DNA of 44,825 nt from IMG/VR virus record IMGVR_UViG_3300048856_000103, positions 1 through 44,825 of that record. One strand, written 5' to 3'. The position numbers were made by a program, and so were the translations under genes. Positions within the stretch are counted from its first letter, which is position 1. Each line of letters opens with the position of its first letter. Under the pieces are notes generated by a model, which saw only the letters and a list, made by a program, of their open reading frames with translations, did no database searches and was not told the DNA's origin. Source of the stretch: a virus (taxonomy: Duplodnaviria > Caudoviricetes). Shown here piece after piece: positions 8,636 through 18,566 of the stretch.

Positions 8636-9667
8636 TTAGAGCTGGATGACCCTGAGCGGCTTTTTCGGCTTTCCTTTCGCGCTGCCTTTACCTTTCCTGC
8701 CGCCGTTGCACTCGACGGTCGTCGACCAGCCGGCCTGCGTAAAAACCTGCTCCACCGAATCGATCAAGTACTTGCCGTCGAGACCGCTCTTGAAGCCCTG
8801 GGCATTGATCTCGCGCTCGGCGAACAGGTCGGTTCGGCCGGGCATCTCTAAACGTACGGCAGCGGTTGATCGATTGAAGCCCGCCAGCCGCGCTTTGGCA
8901 GCAGCCTCAGCGGCTCCCTTGTTGGCGTGTATGTGTCGGTCGGTATGGATCGGCGGCAAGCCCTCGGTAGGGTCGTCATTGTCGAGCTGCACGGTGACTA
9001 GGTCGCCATTCTTGTCGGCGTAGGCCGCCTTTACCGCCTTCTTGACGTTGTCGTCTCCCAGCCTGAATTGCCAGCGGCTTACGTCGCTTCGCTTGATCAC
9101 CAGGAGGGGCAAAGCTTTGCCGCTGGCACTCACGCCGCCTTGGCGCGGCAGCACAATGAGCTTGTTGTTCGCCACCTTCGCAGTGCAGTCGTATTGCTTG
9201 GCGAGTCGCGTGATGAAGTTCAGGTCGGACTCGGTCAATTGGTCCGCGCGCTCAACGGGGGTTTGCACTGTGCATTCAGGCTTCCAGCCATTACGGCCGG
9301 CGATTTCCGACACGATGGTTGCCAGACTCGCGCCTTCCCAACTGCCGCTGCGCGTCGTCTTCGCGTCGCTACGGGTGTCACCGGATTTGCTGCGAATGAC
9401 GAGGGTGTCGGGCGGACCCGAAAGCTCTATTTCATCGACGGTGTAGTTGCCCATAAGTGTCAGCTTCTGGCTTTCGTAGCCCAGGTAAACATCCATTTTG
9501 GCGCCCCGCTTTGGCAAGGTGACAGCGCCATCGCGATCATCAATGCGCAGCTCGAAGTCATCCGAACTGGCCCCGGGCTTGTCGGTCGTTCGGATCAATA
9601 GCATCCGGTCGTTTATCAATGCGGTGATGTCGCTGCCGTTTGCGACGATTCGGAAGACTGGTCTCAA
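8636..9667 (-). CDS. P2 gpD-like late control / baseplate hub protein
   Basis: FRIVANG.DIT, SDDFELRIDDRDG, Q..ESDLNFITRLA. Confidence 0.9.
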   Translation of the reverse strand: MRPVFRIVANGSDITALINDRMLLIRTTDKPGASSDDFELRIDDRDGAVTLPKRGAKMDVYLGYESQKLTLMGNYTVDEIELSGPPDTLVIRSKSGDTRSDAKTTRSGSWEGASLATIVSEIAGRNGWKPECTVQTPVERADQLTESDLNFITRLAKQYDCTAKVANNKLIVLPRQGGVSASGKALPLLVIKRSDVSRWQFRLGDDNVKKAVKAAYADKNGDLVTVQLDNDDPTEGLPPIHTDRHIHANKGAAEAAAKARLAGFNRSTAAVRLEMPGRTDLFAEREINAQGFKSGLDGKYLIDSVEQVFTQAGWSTTVECNGGRKGKGSAKGKPKKPLRVIQL

Positions 9668-9744
9668 TGTGCCACCTTTACCTGTGACAAAGACCGAGGG
9701 ACTCTCTAGAATCCCCGCGCTTAATCACTACAGGAAGTAAAAAA

Positions 9745-10209
9745 ATGAAATGGATGTTGAGCGTTATCGTCTTGCTGAGCGCGTTCTCGGCCCACGCCGA
9801 AAAGAAGCTGGAAGTCATCGACCTGGCGCCTGAGAACCCTACGGCCGGACAGCTTGAAAGAGGCAAGGAATATGAACGCTCTCAAGCGGCGGCCGCAGCG
9901 GTTCCGCCCAAAGAAGCGAAGGAGTTTCTGATCAGGTTGGTGGGCACAGTTGCTCAGGGCCTGGAGATTGCTCAGTCGGGAACAATGACGGGCGTCCAAG
10001 CTCGCAACCAAGCCATCGCCTTAAACAGGCTTCAAGACGAAGGCGGCCGCTTTGGGGTGCTCTTTGCACCTCTGCATGCATGCAACTCAGCGTCTATCGA
10101 CGCGGCGCTTGCATGGCAGCAACTGATTAGAGGCGACGTGGACAAATTCAAAGAAGCACACTCCAGCTACCAAGAAGAGGCGGTCGCTTGCGCTAAAGCC
10201 TCCAATTAG
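9745..10209 (+). CDS. Secreted/periplasmic protein moron
   Basis: Sec signal peptide MKWMLSVIVLLSAFSAHA; antisense insertion between gpD and gpX. Confidence 0.75.
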   Translation: MKWMLSVIVLLSAFSAHAEKKLEVIDLAPENPTAGQLERGKEYERSQAAAAAVPPKEAKEFLIRLVGTVAQGLEIAQSGTMTGVQARNQAIALNRLQDEGGRFGVLFAPLHACNSASIDAALAWQQLIRGDVDKFKEAHSSYQEEAVACAKASN

Positions 10210-10412
10210 TCCCATAGCGTCACCACCTCATCCACCGCCGGCGCAACATCGGGCAGCCTTATTAGTAGCCCGGCCGCGAACGGTTGGGGTTCATCCGCCA
10301 GCCCCTGATTGGTATCGAGCACGGCCTCGACAGTGCCGATCAGGTGGCCGTAGTGGTGCTGACAGATGGTGTCGAGCACGTCGCCGTCAGACGTTCTGCA
10401 GGTCATCGCCAT
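10206..10412 (-). CDS. P2 gpX-like tail protein (LysM-like)
   Basis: T.DGD.LD.IC..HYG...VLD.NQGLA...LWD. Confidence 0.92.
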   Translation of the reverse strand: MAMTCRTSDGDVLDTICQHHYGHLIGTVEAVLDTNQGLADEPQPFAAGLLIRLPDVAPAVDEVVTLWD

Positions 10413-11232
10413 AGCGTAAAAACTCCAGGGTGAACGCTTGCTTGCGCGGGATTCCGCCCTGCAGCAGCGCGCTCTGTTCTTCGTTGAGGTTCACAAGGCA
10501 CCAGTTGCCCAGCACCTCGCCATAACCCGTCGTGAGCATGAGCGGTTGAAGCTGCCGCCCGATGCTGCGCAGGGTGTTCAGCTGCTTCAGGCCCCCTTTG
10601 AAAGAGGGGAATATCGCCCCTTTGATGGTGATCTTTTCTTCGCCGATGGCCACAGCCTGCTGCGCCGGTCGACGCGTCAGGCGTTCTTGAGCCGCCCAAC
10701 GAAAAGCGCTTGATCGACTCAGTTCATCGAACGCCGCCGTGTCCAGGTTGAAGAAGTACGGCAGTGTGTTGGGCGTCAGCGGCTGCATGATCATCAGGTG
10801 GGGGAATGGCTTGACCGCTTCCGGCGCCGGCGTGCCATTGGGTGCCATGCCAGCCGTTGCGAAAATCGGTTCTGATCCCGGGCTGAGCTTGGCGGCCAGC
10901 TTGTTCACCGCCGACTTGGCGCGTGCCGCCTGCTCACCCAGCACCTGAATCCGGTCTTGAATCTCAGCGGCGGCGCGCGTGGCTTTGCCGTATATCGCGA
11001 CGACTTGGCCGACCTTCGCCTGTGCCGCGCCGATGGCCCCGGTGACGCGCTGCAGTTTGGCCCCGATCAGGGGACCTACAAACGGGATGCTCTCTAGCTC
11101 GTTAGCCGCTCCGGATATCTCGCCGATGGCGCCATTGACCGGGCCGAGCATCCCGTCGAGGTCCTTGCGCCCTGCCTCGCCGGCCTGTACCAGGTACTTG
11201 AGGCCCGATTGCATACTTTCCAGATAGGGCAT
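10387..11232 (-). CDS. P2 gpU-like tail protein with N-terminal helical extension
   Basis: FRWAAQERLTRRPAQQ, GYGEVLGNW, FTLEF. Confidence 0.88.
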   Translation of the reverse strand: MPYLESMQSGLKYLVQAGEAGRKDLDGMLGPVNGAIGEISGAANELESIPFVGPLIGAKLQRVTGAIGAAQAKVGQVVAIYGKATRAAAEIQDRIQVLGEQAARAKSAVNKLAAKLSPGSEPIFATAGMAPNGTPAPEAVKPFPHLMIMQPLTPNTLPYFFNLDTAAFDELSRSSAFRWAAQERLTRRPAQQAVAIGEEKITIKGAIFPSFKGGLKQLNTLRSIGRQLQPLMLTTGYGEVLGNWCLVNLNEEQSALLQGGIPRKQAFTLEFLRYGDDLQNV

Positions 11233-11241
11233 TCGTGCTCC

Positions 11242-13818
11242 TTAAAACACCGGTTGATCCGTCATGTCGCGGCGCGCCACTTGCTGCGCGGTCTCGGTAA
11301 GGCGCCTTTCGATGTCCGGCATCAGCTTGTCGATCAGCTCGCGGGGATCCTTCACATCGCCGTGAACGGTGATGCTGAAGGACGGCGATACCGTTATTTT
11401 TTGATTAGGTCTGGAGCCGGATGGCAGGCCGTTTGTATTGCCCGCTTTTTTTAGCGTCTTTGATATATCCGCCAGTGCGGGAACTGCCAGCCCAGCACCG
11501 GACGTGATGAGCGGCTCCTTGGGAGCAAACGATGCGCCCATGCTCGTCAGCATTGGCACGGCAGGCCTGGGACGATCTCCGACCAGCAATGAAACCGCCG
11601 GCCGTGAAGTTGCTGCAGAAGGCGTCTCAGGTCCGCCAAACAGCGACTTGCCCACGACGCTACCCAATCGACCGCCGCCCATGCCGCCGAGGACGCCGCC
11701 GACCAATCCGCCAATCGCTGTTCCGATGATTGGAACCACGGAGCCGATGGCAGCGCCGGCAGCGGCTCCGGCCAACGTACCTGCCAAGGTGCCAGCGGCA
11801 TCGCCATACCCTTCCGCTTTTTCATCGCGGGTTTTTGCGTTGTCGTAAACGTCTTTGGCGTTAAGGGCCGCGTCAAACACGGCGGCTGCAGGATTGCCTT
11901 TTCCCAACCCGCCGAGCTTGCCGAGCCGAATACCCGACGGCTTGGCAGATCCAACCGAGGTGGCCAGCGGTTTAGGTGTCGCGCCAGGTGGCTTCCAATC
12001 ACTGAGCGTCTTCGGCGCGTGCGGCGCGCCGTTCGAATACACACGAACGCGAGGCTTGGCCGCCGTTACTGGCTTCTCCGGAACACTGACGGCCCGACGA
12101 CCGCGACCGATACGGCGTTTGCGGCGCCCTTCTCTGCCGCTGCCGTCCAGATCTGCGCCTGCTCCGGCGAGGCCACTGACGATCGCAACCTTCTGGACGA
12201 TGTTGGGATTGCCCATCAGCGTGCCGCGCGCGACGTTCATCATCCCTTTCGCGATTTTGAAGCTGCTATACGCCGCTGCGGCCGTCGCAACGGCAGCGCC
12301 GATACCCAGCAGACCTGTTACCAGTTTCGGCGACTCATCGCTGACGGCGGCAAGCGCTTTGGCGACCGAAGTCAGGCCCGAGGCAAACGTGTCAGTGACC
12401 GGCTGCATGGCGTCGCCGGCGCTGCGCAATGCATCGTCCATGGCCTGGCTGGTTTCTTTCCAGAGCTGCGCCGAGGTTTCCCGCCGCTCCCTCAAGTTCT
12501 TGTCAAGAATGCCGGCGGCGCTGGCCGAGTCTGTTTTCAGCTTCTCGTAGAGGCCCTTGCCCTGCATGTAGGCGGCGAGAGCAGCTTTCACTTGGCTGTC
12601 AGCAAACAGGTCGCCGGTGCGCAGCGCCTGTTCAAGTGACGTCGCCATTGCCTGAGCTTTTGCGGGATCTGCCTCTTTGGTGATGTCCTCCATCGCTTTG
12701 GACATGGCCTTGGCTTGTGCCGGATTAGTCGCCTCAATGTAGCGCTGCGCCAGGGCAAAACTTGATTCGACTGTGGACAGCCCACGCTTGAACCCGCTGT
12801 TCAGCGAACTCTGGTAATCGATACCGGCGGCCTTGTAGGCCTTGACGACGTCCGTAGACCCAATCTTGTCAATCCAGTTCTTCAGGTTATTCGCGGCTTC
12901 ATCCGAACTGCCAGCCGTTTTCATCTGCACCTGGAGCATTGCACCCAGCTGTGTAACGGCGTCGTTGCCAGTGATGCCCAACCGCCCCATACCCGAGAGC
13001 AGCTGCGGGAACCATTTGGCCATATCGCTGGCTTCAAAGCTGCCCGCCTGCCCCTGAAAGGCTATCGCTTCAAGTGCCTTTTGCATGTCCTGCGGATCGG
13101 TGATCAGTGCGTTCTGCCCCAGCGCGTTGATCATCGTCGCGGTGTCAGTCGCTTCAGCACCCTGGCCGATCACGAACTTGGCTGCCACCGGCGCGTATTC
13201 CATCGCCTGCTTGAGATCCATGCCCGCGCCGACCAGCGCGTTGATGACGTCCGCGACTTCGTTGCGCGCCATGCCGGTGTCACGGGAGGTGCTGATGATC
13301 TTGTCGGAGACTTGCTGTTCTTCGGAGGTGTTGGCAATGCCCGCCTTGATCGCGATGTCTCGTACCACGGCGCGGTATTCAGCACTGACTTTGGTCGGCA
13401 CGATCATCGTGGCCGCCGCCGCCCCAGCCGTCACCGCAGCGGTGTTACGCAGGCCCGCCGCGCCTTGTCTCATCTGTGTGTGGCCGGTGGACTTCAGCTC
13501 TGCAGAGCGAGCCTTGCGGCCCATCTGTTCGTAGGCCTGACCCAGGTTTCGGACCTGAACGCCCTGCTTGCGCAGAGCGTCCAGATTCGCGTCGAGCTTG
13601 CGGCGTAGCCCGTCAGCGGAGGATGAGCCAACGGCGTGCGCCTTTCGCCATTCGTCCTGCAGTTTGCGGGTTTCACCGATGACCGATTGCAGCACACGCG
13701 TCTTGCTCGCGGTGGACTCAAGCTTTTTGACCCGACCCTCCACGTCTTTGAACGCAGCGCCCACCGACTTGCTGACGGCGCCGCCGATCACCAGGCCGAG
13801 CGCTAATTGTTTCGCCAT
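11242..13818 (-). CDS. Tail tape measure protein
   Basis: 858 aa, Ala-rich; GQAGSFE.DMA.WFP, AANNLKNW; C-terminal Gly-zipper. Confidence 0.92.
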   Translation of the reverse strand: MAKQLALGLVIGGAVSKSVGAAFKDVEGRVKKLESTASKTRVLQSVIGETRKLQDEWRKAHAVGSSSADGLRRKLDANLDALRKQGVQVRNLGQAYEQMGRKARSAELKSTGHTQMRQGAAGLRNTAAVTAGAAAATMIVPTKVSAEYRAVVRDIAIKAGIANTSEEQQVSDKIISTSRDTGMARNEVADVINALVGAGMDLKQAMEYAPVAAKFVIGQGAEATDTATMINALGQNALITDPQDMQKALEAIAFQGQAGSFEASDMAKWFPQLLSGMGRLGITGNDAVTQLGAMLQVQMKTAGSSDEAANNLKNWIDKIGSTDVVKAYKAAGIDYQSSLNSGFKRGLSTVESSFALAQRYIEATNPAQAKAMSKAMEDITKEADPAKAQAMATSLEQALRTGDLFADSQVKAALAAYMQGKGLYEKLKTDSASAAGILDKNLRERRETSAQLWKETSQAMDDALRSAGDAMQPVTDTFASGLTSVAKALAAVSDESPKLVTGLLGIGAAVATAAAAYSSFKIAKGMMNVARGTLMGNPNIVQKVAIVSGLAGAGADLDGSGREGRRKRRIGRGRRAVSVPEKPVTAAKPRVRVYSNGAPHAPKTLSDWKPPGATPKPLATSVGSAKPSGIRLGKLGGLGKGNPAAAVFDAALNAKDVYDNAKTRDEKAEGYGDAAGTLAGTLAGAAAGAAIGSVVPIIGTAIGGLVGGVLGGMGGGRLGSVVGKSLFGGPETPSAATSRPAVSLLVGDRPRPAVPMLTSMGASFAPKEPLITSGAGLAVPALADISKTLKKAGNTNGLPSGSRPNQKITVSPSFSITVHGDVKDPRELIDKLMPDIERRLTETAQQVARRDMTDQPVF

Positions 13819-13858
13819 TTCATAGCCCTTCCCTCACGGCTTTACGCTGCTGGGCAGC

Positions 13859-13997
13859 TCATTCGCTGAGCCACCACACCATGTCGTAAAACGGCATCGT
13901 CTCGATCTCGTTCAGCGTGAAGCCCGTTTCTCTGGACAGACGTATGGCCAGCTGACGCAGCAGTGACGGGTCAAATTTCGTCTTCTTCAACCATACG
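13859..13997 (-). CDS. gpE'-like frameshift extension of the tail assembly chaperone
   Basis: +1 frame reads FDPSLLRQLAIRLSRETGFTLNEIETMPFYDMVWWLSE*, between chaperone and tape measure. Confidence 0.65.
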
Positions 13998-14294
13998 AAA
14001 GTAGCCGCGCTTCACGCGCTCATAGTCCTTTAGCGTGAGCTTTTCGAGATCCTCGGGGCCAATTTCGGCAAGGCTGCAGAACATCATCGCGTCGACGGCC
14101 AGCTCGTCGTTGGGGTGAGCTTTCTGACAGGTCCGAAGGTCGCGCACGGTCGGGGTGCGCATGTGCAGCTTTTCGACCTGAATGTTGGTGATCACGGCCG
14201 GCGTCGAAAGCGTCACTGTGACGCCTTGGTCGGTCACAGCGAGCCAGGTCGGCAGGCCGTCAGCGTGGTTTGATGCTGAGTTTGTAGTGCTCAT
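13971..14294 (-). CDS. Tail assembly chaperone (gpE/gp41-like)
   Basis: MRTPTVRD, LTLKDYERVKRGYF; between tube and tape measure. Confidence 0.88.
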   Translation of the reverse strand: MSTTNSASNHADGLPTWLAVTDQGVTVTLSTPAVITNIQVEKLHMRTPTVRDLRTCQKAHPNDELAVDAMMFCSLAEIGPEDLEKLTLKDYERVKRGYFRMVEEDEI

Positions 14295-14303
14295 GAATAA
14301 TCC

Positions 14304-14807
14304 TTAAATGCCTAACTGGTTGCGCATTTGCTGAAGCTGGTCGACGCCATTGATGACGCGCACCGAGTTCACCGGGTCGATTTCGAAGATGACCACGCCG
14401 TCGATCTCCAGCTTGTAATAAGACACGCCGACCGAGTACTTGAACTCGGCCTTGTCGCCGGATTTCCAACTGCCGGGATCCACCTCTTTGAGCATCCCCC
14501 GGATCGTTGCGGTGACGCCTACGAAGCGACCCTTCTGCTCTTTGAACGAACCACGGAATGAGCCGTTGAACGCAGTCTGGTCCGCCAGGCCGACGAACTT
14601 CATCGCTTGCTGGCGGACGCCGTTGGCGGTGAATGAGGCTTCAAGTTTCTCCAGCCCCACGTCCATGTCGATCTCGCCGTCCATGCCGCCCGCACGGTAG
14701 CCCTCCGTCTTGACGGCGATCTTCGGCAGCGTCAGCTCAGGGATGTCGCCGGAAAAGCTGATGCCGTCGATGAACAGGTTGGTGTTGAATAATGTCTGTG
14801 GCGTCAT
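14304..14807 (-). CDS. Major tail tube protein (P2 FII-like)
   Basis: LTLPK, YRAGGMDG, EVDPGSWK.GD, YYKLEIDG. Confidence 0.93.
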   Translation of the reverse strand: MTPQTLFNTNLFIDGISFSGDIPELTLPKIAVKTEGYRAGGMDGEIDMDVGLEKLEASFTANGVRQQAMKFVGLADQTAFNGSFRGSFKEQKGRFVGVTATIRGMLKEVDPGSWKSGDKAEFKYSVGVSYYKLEIDGVVIFEIDPVNSVRVINGVDQLQQMRNQLGI

Positions 14808-14825
14808 TGGTTGGCCCTCTTAGGG

Positions 14826-16001
14826 TTAGGTGTCGAGGACTTCGGTGAGCCACTGATTGGTGACTTCAACGAGGAAGTTCGGGTTCTCCGCAGGCGGCAC
14901 GTCGGTGAAGCGAATCACCCAATACACCTTGCCCTGCTCCAGCTGGCTGGCGGTGTTGCGTTCCGGGTCGGCATAGACCTCGAAGTTGATGATCGCGCCT
15001 TGATTCTTCAGATCACGCATGAAGTTCTGCAGGCCTTCGGTGACGTCCTTGACGTAGGTCTTGGTGATTGAGCGGTCGACCGCCCATTTGTGGCCATACA
15101 GGATCGCATCCATCACGATATCCATCGTCCGGACGCGAGTGACGAACGCCCACTTCGGATCGCTGGAGCGCGTGCGGTTGCCCCACAGACGATATCCGTC
15201 GTCGCGGATGATGGTGGTGATGTTCGCGGCGTTCAGCAGGTTGGCCCGGCAGGTGGTGTCGCCGTCCAGGAACTCGATCGGCCGCGACGTGCCGGTGATG
15301 CCGACAAACTCTTTGTTCGACGGTGACGCCCAAAATCCGTACTCGTTGTCGGTCCATGCGAACAGACCGGCGACGAATGCTGAGGCCGGCGAGTCGACGG
15401 TGCCATTCGCGCTGGTGTCCCAGAACTGCACACCAGGATCGACGAGGAATACGCGCTTGCTGCCGAAGTTCTCCGCGTAGGCCAGCGCGTCTTCGTCGTT
15501 GCTGTTTGGGCCATCGATAATGGCAATCGCCCGGAGTTTGCCAGCCAGGCCATCCATCGCGGTGGCGATCGCCTGCGTCGATGAATGCTTCGGCGCGATC
15601 AGTAAACGGGGCTGGGCGTTGAACTTGCTTTTGCCATCGAGCAGCGCCTGCAGCCCGGTTCGTTTGCCTGAGGCAAGTACACCTCCAATGATTGCCGAGA
15701 TCTGCTCGGCGGAGTCATCCTTTTTTGCGACACCGCACGCGACGATGACCGCCTTGGCACGGGTGTAGATGGCCTTGCATGCTTTGGTGATCGGGGCGTC
15801 TGGCCCCCACGCTGCGACCGCTTCGCGCTCGTTGGTGATCAGTTTGACTTCGTTGTCCTCGGCGGTCGGTGTGCCGTCCGCGCCCGGGCCGGGAGTGAAG
15901 GTGTCGCACAGTCCAATGATCGAGGACGACGGCAAGGAAATAACCCTCGCGCCCACGTCCAGGTTCGTGACCGTGACGCCGTGAAAAAAATCGTCGCTCA
16001 T
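14826..16001 (-). CDS. Tail sheath protein (P2 FI-like)
   Basis: FFHGVT, GFWASPSN, RLWGNRT; ATG 16001 with GGAG RBS. Confidence 0.94.
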   Translation of the reverse strand: MSDDFFHGVTVTNLDVGARVISLPSSSIIGLCDTFTPGPGADGTPTAEDNEVKLITNEREAVAAWGPDAPITKACKAIYTRAKAVIVACGVAKKDDSAEQISAIIGGVLASGKRTGLQALLDGKSKFNAQPRLLIAPKHSSTQAIATAMDGLAGKLRAIAIIDGPNSNDEDALAYAENFGSKRVFLVDPGVQFWDTSANGTVDSPASAFVAGLFAWTDNEYGFWASPSNKEFVGITGTSRPIEFLDGDTTCRANLLNAANITTIIRDDGYRLWGNRTRSSDPKWAFVTRVRTMDIVMDAILYGHKWAVDRSITKTYVKDVTEGLQNFMRDLKNQGAIINFEVYADPERNTASQLEQGKVYWVIRFTDVPPAENPNFLVEVTNQWLTEVLDT

Positions 16002-16013
16002 AGAATCTCCAGA

Positions 16014-16041
16014 AATGAAAAAGCCCCGCATGGCGGGGCTT
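16014..16041 (-). terminator. Intrinsic terminator before the sheath gene
   Basis: AAGCCCCGC-CAT-GCGGGGCTT stem plus T run on the minus strand. Confidence 0.7.
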
Positions 16042-16081
16042 CGTAAACAAAATCAACTCAGGTATCAGCGGGAAAGCGAGC

Positions 16082-16666
16082 TCACCTGGCTGCTCGGGGA
16101 TGCCTCATGGATTCGGGTTGCGCAGGCCAATCTATTTCAGACGGGAATCCCGGCTGATCCTCAATGCGGTTGAGATCAACTCGATAGGCTTTCCATTCAA
16201 GCAAAGCAGCCTGCTCAGCCTCTGTAGTTGTCCCCAGATCCACCGCATCCTGCAAAGGCGCTATCCGCAGACCGGCTTCGTAAAGGAGGCCGTCACGCTC
16301 GCCCAACACGCGATCAATAGCTGCAACAGCCTGCGCCTCAGAGTCCAACAGCCAAGCACCGTCTTTCCATACATGATGCACGCCGGGCCAAGGCAGATGC
16401 GTGAGCCCCTCCGGTAATTCGCCCACCTCGTTCCACGCTTGATCCTTTCCCGTGCTTGTGTCGTAGGCCGTGCCTCGGCGGTCCACTATTTGCTCAAGCT
16501 TTTGATCCCGATATACCCACACATAGCCCTCAGTAGGCAACGGGAGTTCGGTTTCAAGCGACAGCGCGTTTCCCGGTAACTGGGCGCCTAATCCGGGTAC
16601 CACAGGGAGCTCGACCGGACCACTACACACGGACGAGGTGTCGAGAAGGTAGATAAACATGCTCAC
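16082..16666 (-). CDS. Tail fibre assembly chaperone
   Basis: IAPLQDAVDLG, W..YRV.LNRI..QPGFP..IDWP. Confidence 0.9.
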   Translation of the reverse strand: MSMFIYLLDTSSVCSGPVELPVVPGLGAQLPGNALSLETELPLPTEGYVWVYRDQKLEQIVDRRGTAYDTSTGKDQAWNEVGELPEGLTHLPWPGVHHVWKDGAWLLDSEAQAVAAIDRVLGERDGLLYEAGLRIAPLQDAVDLGTTTEAEQAALLEWKAYRVDLNRIEDQPGFPSEIDWPAQPESMRHPRAAR

Positions 16667-16667
16667 C

Positions 16668-17963
16668 TCAAATTAGCTTGATTCGCCCCGGATAGGCGAT
16701 GTTTCGAGGACGCGTTTCTGTGCCACCGGACGCGTTGCTAGCAACCGTTCCGGTGCCGTAGAAAGATTCGTCCCCATAGACAGCGTTCCCAAGTACCCCG
16801 GAACTACGGTCGAGGTTGAATTCCATAAGGTGGTTGTGGGACTGAATATCGAAGCCTTGATAACTGCCGGCCACACGACCGGCATCGACTCCTCTTCCCT
16901 CATCGTGAATTCGAAGGAACTCCCCACGAAATTCAGGCCCCCGGAACGTTGACTTTCCGTCCCCCGCTCCCCAGAAGCCTTCAGTCCCTTCCGCAGCGCC
17001 ATCAGCCAAAATGCCGGACAGCCTTGCGTGGTCCCAAAGCCATGGCCATTCTGAACGTTTGTACTGCGCACCATTTGGCGGGCCGTAGCCACCCGGAGGA
17101 AACGCAAGAGTTGTCTCCATTACAGGCCTTCCGACAGGCGTGCTGTCGTAACGACCGATCAGCCACCAGCTACCTCGACCATCGCTGCGCAGATGCCACC
17201 AGTCGCCCGCTCCCATCAGCACGAAAAATGGATACCCTGCAGGGTTCAGGTGCGTGTGAAACATCACCCGGTCGCCCGCGTAAGCTTTGATCTCAAGCCG
17301 ATTGCCACTGTTGTCGACACGCTGCAGCAGCACGTCAGCCGTAGCGACAGACTTTGAAGACGGGAGCCTGATCTCACGGTTGCCCTCACCCGCATCGATC
17401 AAGACAAGCCCCATCTCCTTGCGGGTTAGCGCCCTTGAGGTTCCGACCCTGAAAATGCGGGTGGCCAGTTCCCCCAGGATCCTGATGCGGGTCCGGTCGA
17501 CGTATTCCCTGGTCGCAAGCACTACGCTGGGGTCGATCTTTAGCTCGACATTGCTCGAGTTGCTGACCTGAATGTTCAGCCGAATCACTTGAGTGCGCCC
17601 TGAGCCCTGGGCCAACAGGGGTTTAAACGAGGGCGCGCAATTAGCGATGGCAATCAGGTCGCCGTCCGCGTCATACAAGCCAATCTCGCGTATCCACCAG
17701 CCGCCGACTTCGGCCGGAATGACCTGCTCAGCGATGATAAGTGCCGGGTTGGCAGGATCAACTTTCAACTCGTTGAGCGGCGCCCGCCGTTGTTCGTTGA
17801 TCAGCGCCGTCTGCTCGGGCAACGGTACAAAGTCTTTTTCGTTGGCATCCCCGACGCCCATTTCCGTTATTTTCCACGGCACACCCAGCGCGTCTGCGTT
17901 GGCCTGCTTTGCCGCACCTACATTGGTGAGGATCGCAAAGAACTGCGAATTCTGATCAGTCAT
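16668..17963 (-). CDS. Tail fibre protein (P2 gpH-type N-terminus, tail collar domain)
   Basis: FAILT.VG, GGWWIREIGL, LKIDPSVVLATR, FRGEFLR..DEGRGVD.GR, ETRPRNIA. Confidence 0.92.
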   Translation of the reverse strand: MTDQNSQFFAILTNVGAAKQANADALGVPWKITEMGVGDANEKDFVPLPEQTALINEQRRAPLNELKVDPANPALIIAEQVIPAEVGGWWIREIGLYDADGDLIAIANCAPSFKPLLAQGSGRTQVIRLNIQVSNSSNVELKIDPSVVLATREYVDRTRIRILGELATRIFRVGTSRALTRKEMGLVLIDAGEGNREIRLPSSKSVATADVLLQRVDNSGNRLEIKAYAGDRVMFHTHLNPAGYPFFVLMGAGDWWHLRSDGRGSWWLIGRYDSTPVGRPVMETTLAFPPGGYGPPNGAQYKRSEWPWLWDHARLSGILADGAAEGTEGFWGAGDGKSTFRGPEFRGEFLRIHDEGRGVDAGRVAGSYQGFDIQSHNHLMEFNLDRSSGVLGNAVYGDESFYGTGTVASNASGGTETRPRNIAYPGRIKLI

Positions 17964-18565
17964 GCGTATACATCCATGCAGTCAATTGTTGTGTCCCGCC
18001 CGCCCATGCCAAAGCTGCCCTGCACTTCAATATCTGCGAGCGCCGGTGGGTAGATGTCGAGCTCGTCGCCGTCATACTGGCAGGCGGCCAAAGTGAAGCT
18101 GCCGGCAGTTTCCAGGCTGATCGCAAGGCCCATCAGATGCCGCGATAGCGGCTTGGCGTCATCGATGAGCCAGATCAGCTCCTGATACATCTCTTCAGTG
18201 ATGCCCGTATCGAGCACGCCGACCTTCAACGCGAACGTGCCAGGCACACCCTCCGGGCAGGTTTCCCACCACTCCACCACCTCGATCAAGTAGCCCAGCG
18301 GTTCAACGACGCGGCGCAGTGCCCCGATGGTGCCCTTGTGCGCATGGACGTAGAACGAAGACCGGATCGCCGCTCGCTTGGCACCATCGGTCCACTCTTC
18401 ACTCCAGCGGTCGACCGAGCACTCCCACGCCAGGAACGGCAGCAATACGGCTGGGCAGGTGTCCGGGTTGTAGATCGAGCGCAGCGGTGCCGGGGTGATG
18501 TCATCGGTGACATCCTCGATCACGCGTTCCAGTCGCGTGCTGTTAAGGGGTAAAAGACTTGTCAT
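17960..18565 (-). CDS. P2 gpI-like tail protein
   Basis: SLLP.NST.LE, NPDTCP..LLP.LAW, H.HKGT.GA. Confidence 0.93.
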   Translation of the reverse strand: MTSLLPLNSTRLERVIEDVTDDITPAPLRSIYNPDTCPAVLLPFLAWECSVDRWSEEWTDGAKRAAIRSSFYVHAHKGTIGALRRVVEPLGYLIEVVEWWETCPEGVPGTFALKVGVLDTGITEEMYQELIWLIDDAKPLSRHLMGLAISLETAGSFTLAACQYDGDELDIYPPALADIEVQGSFGMGGRDTTIDCMDVYA

Positions 18566-18566
18566 C

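Noticed and set aside
16082-17963. Invertible tail-fibre cassette
   Set aside because: Only one fibre/chaperone pair, no invertase and no flanking inverted sites seen
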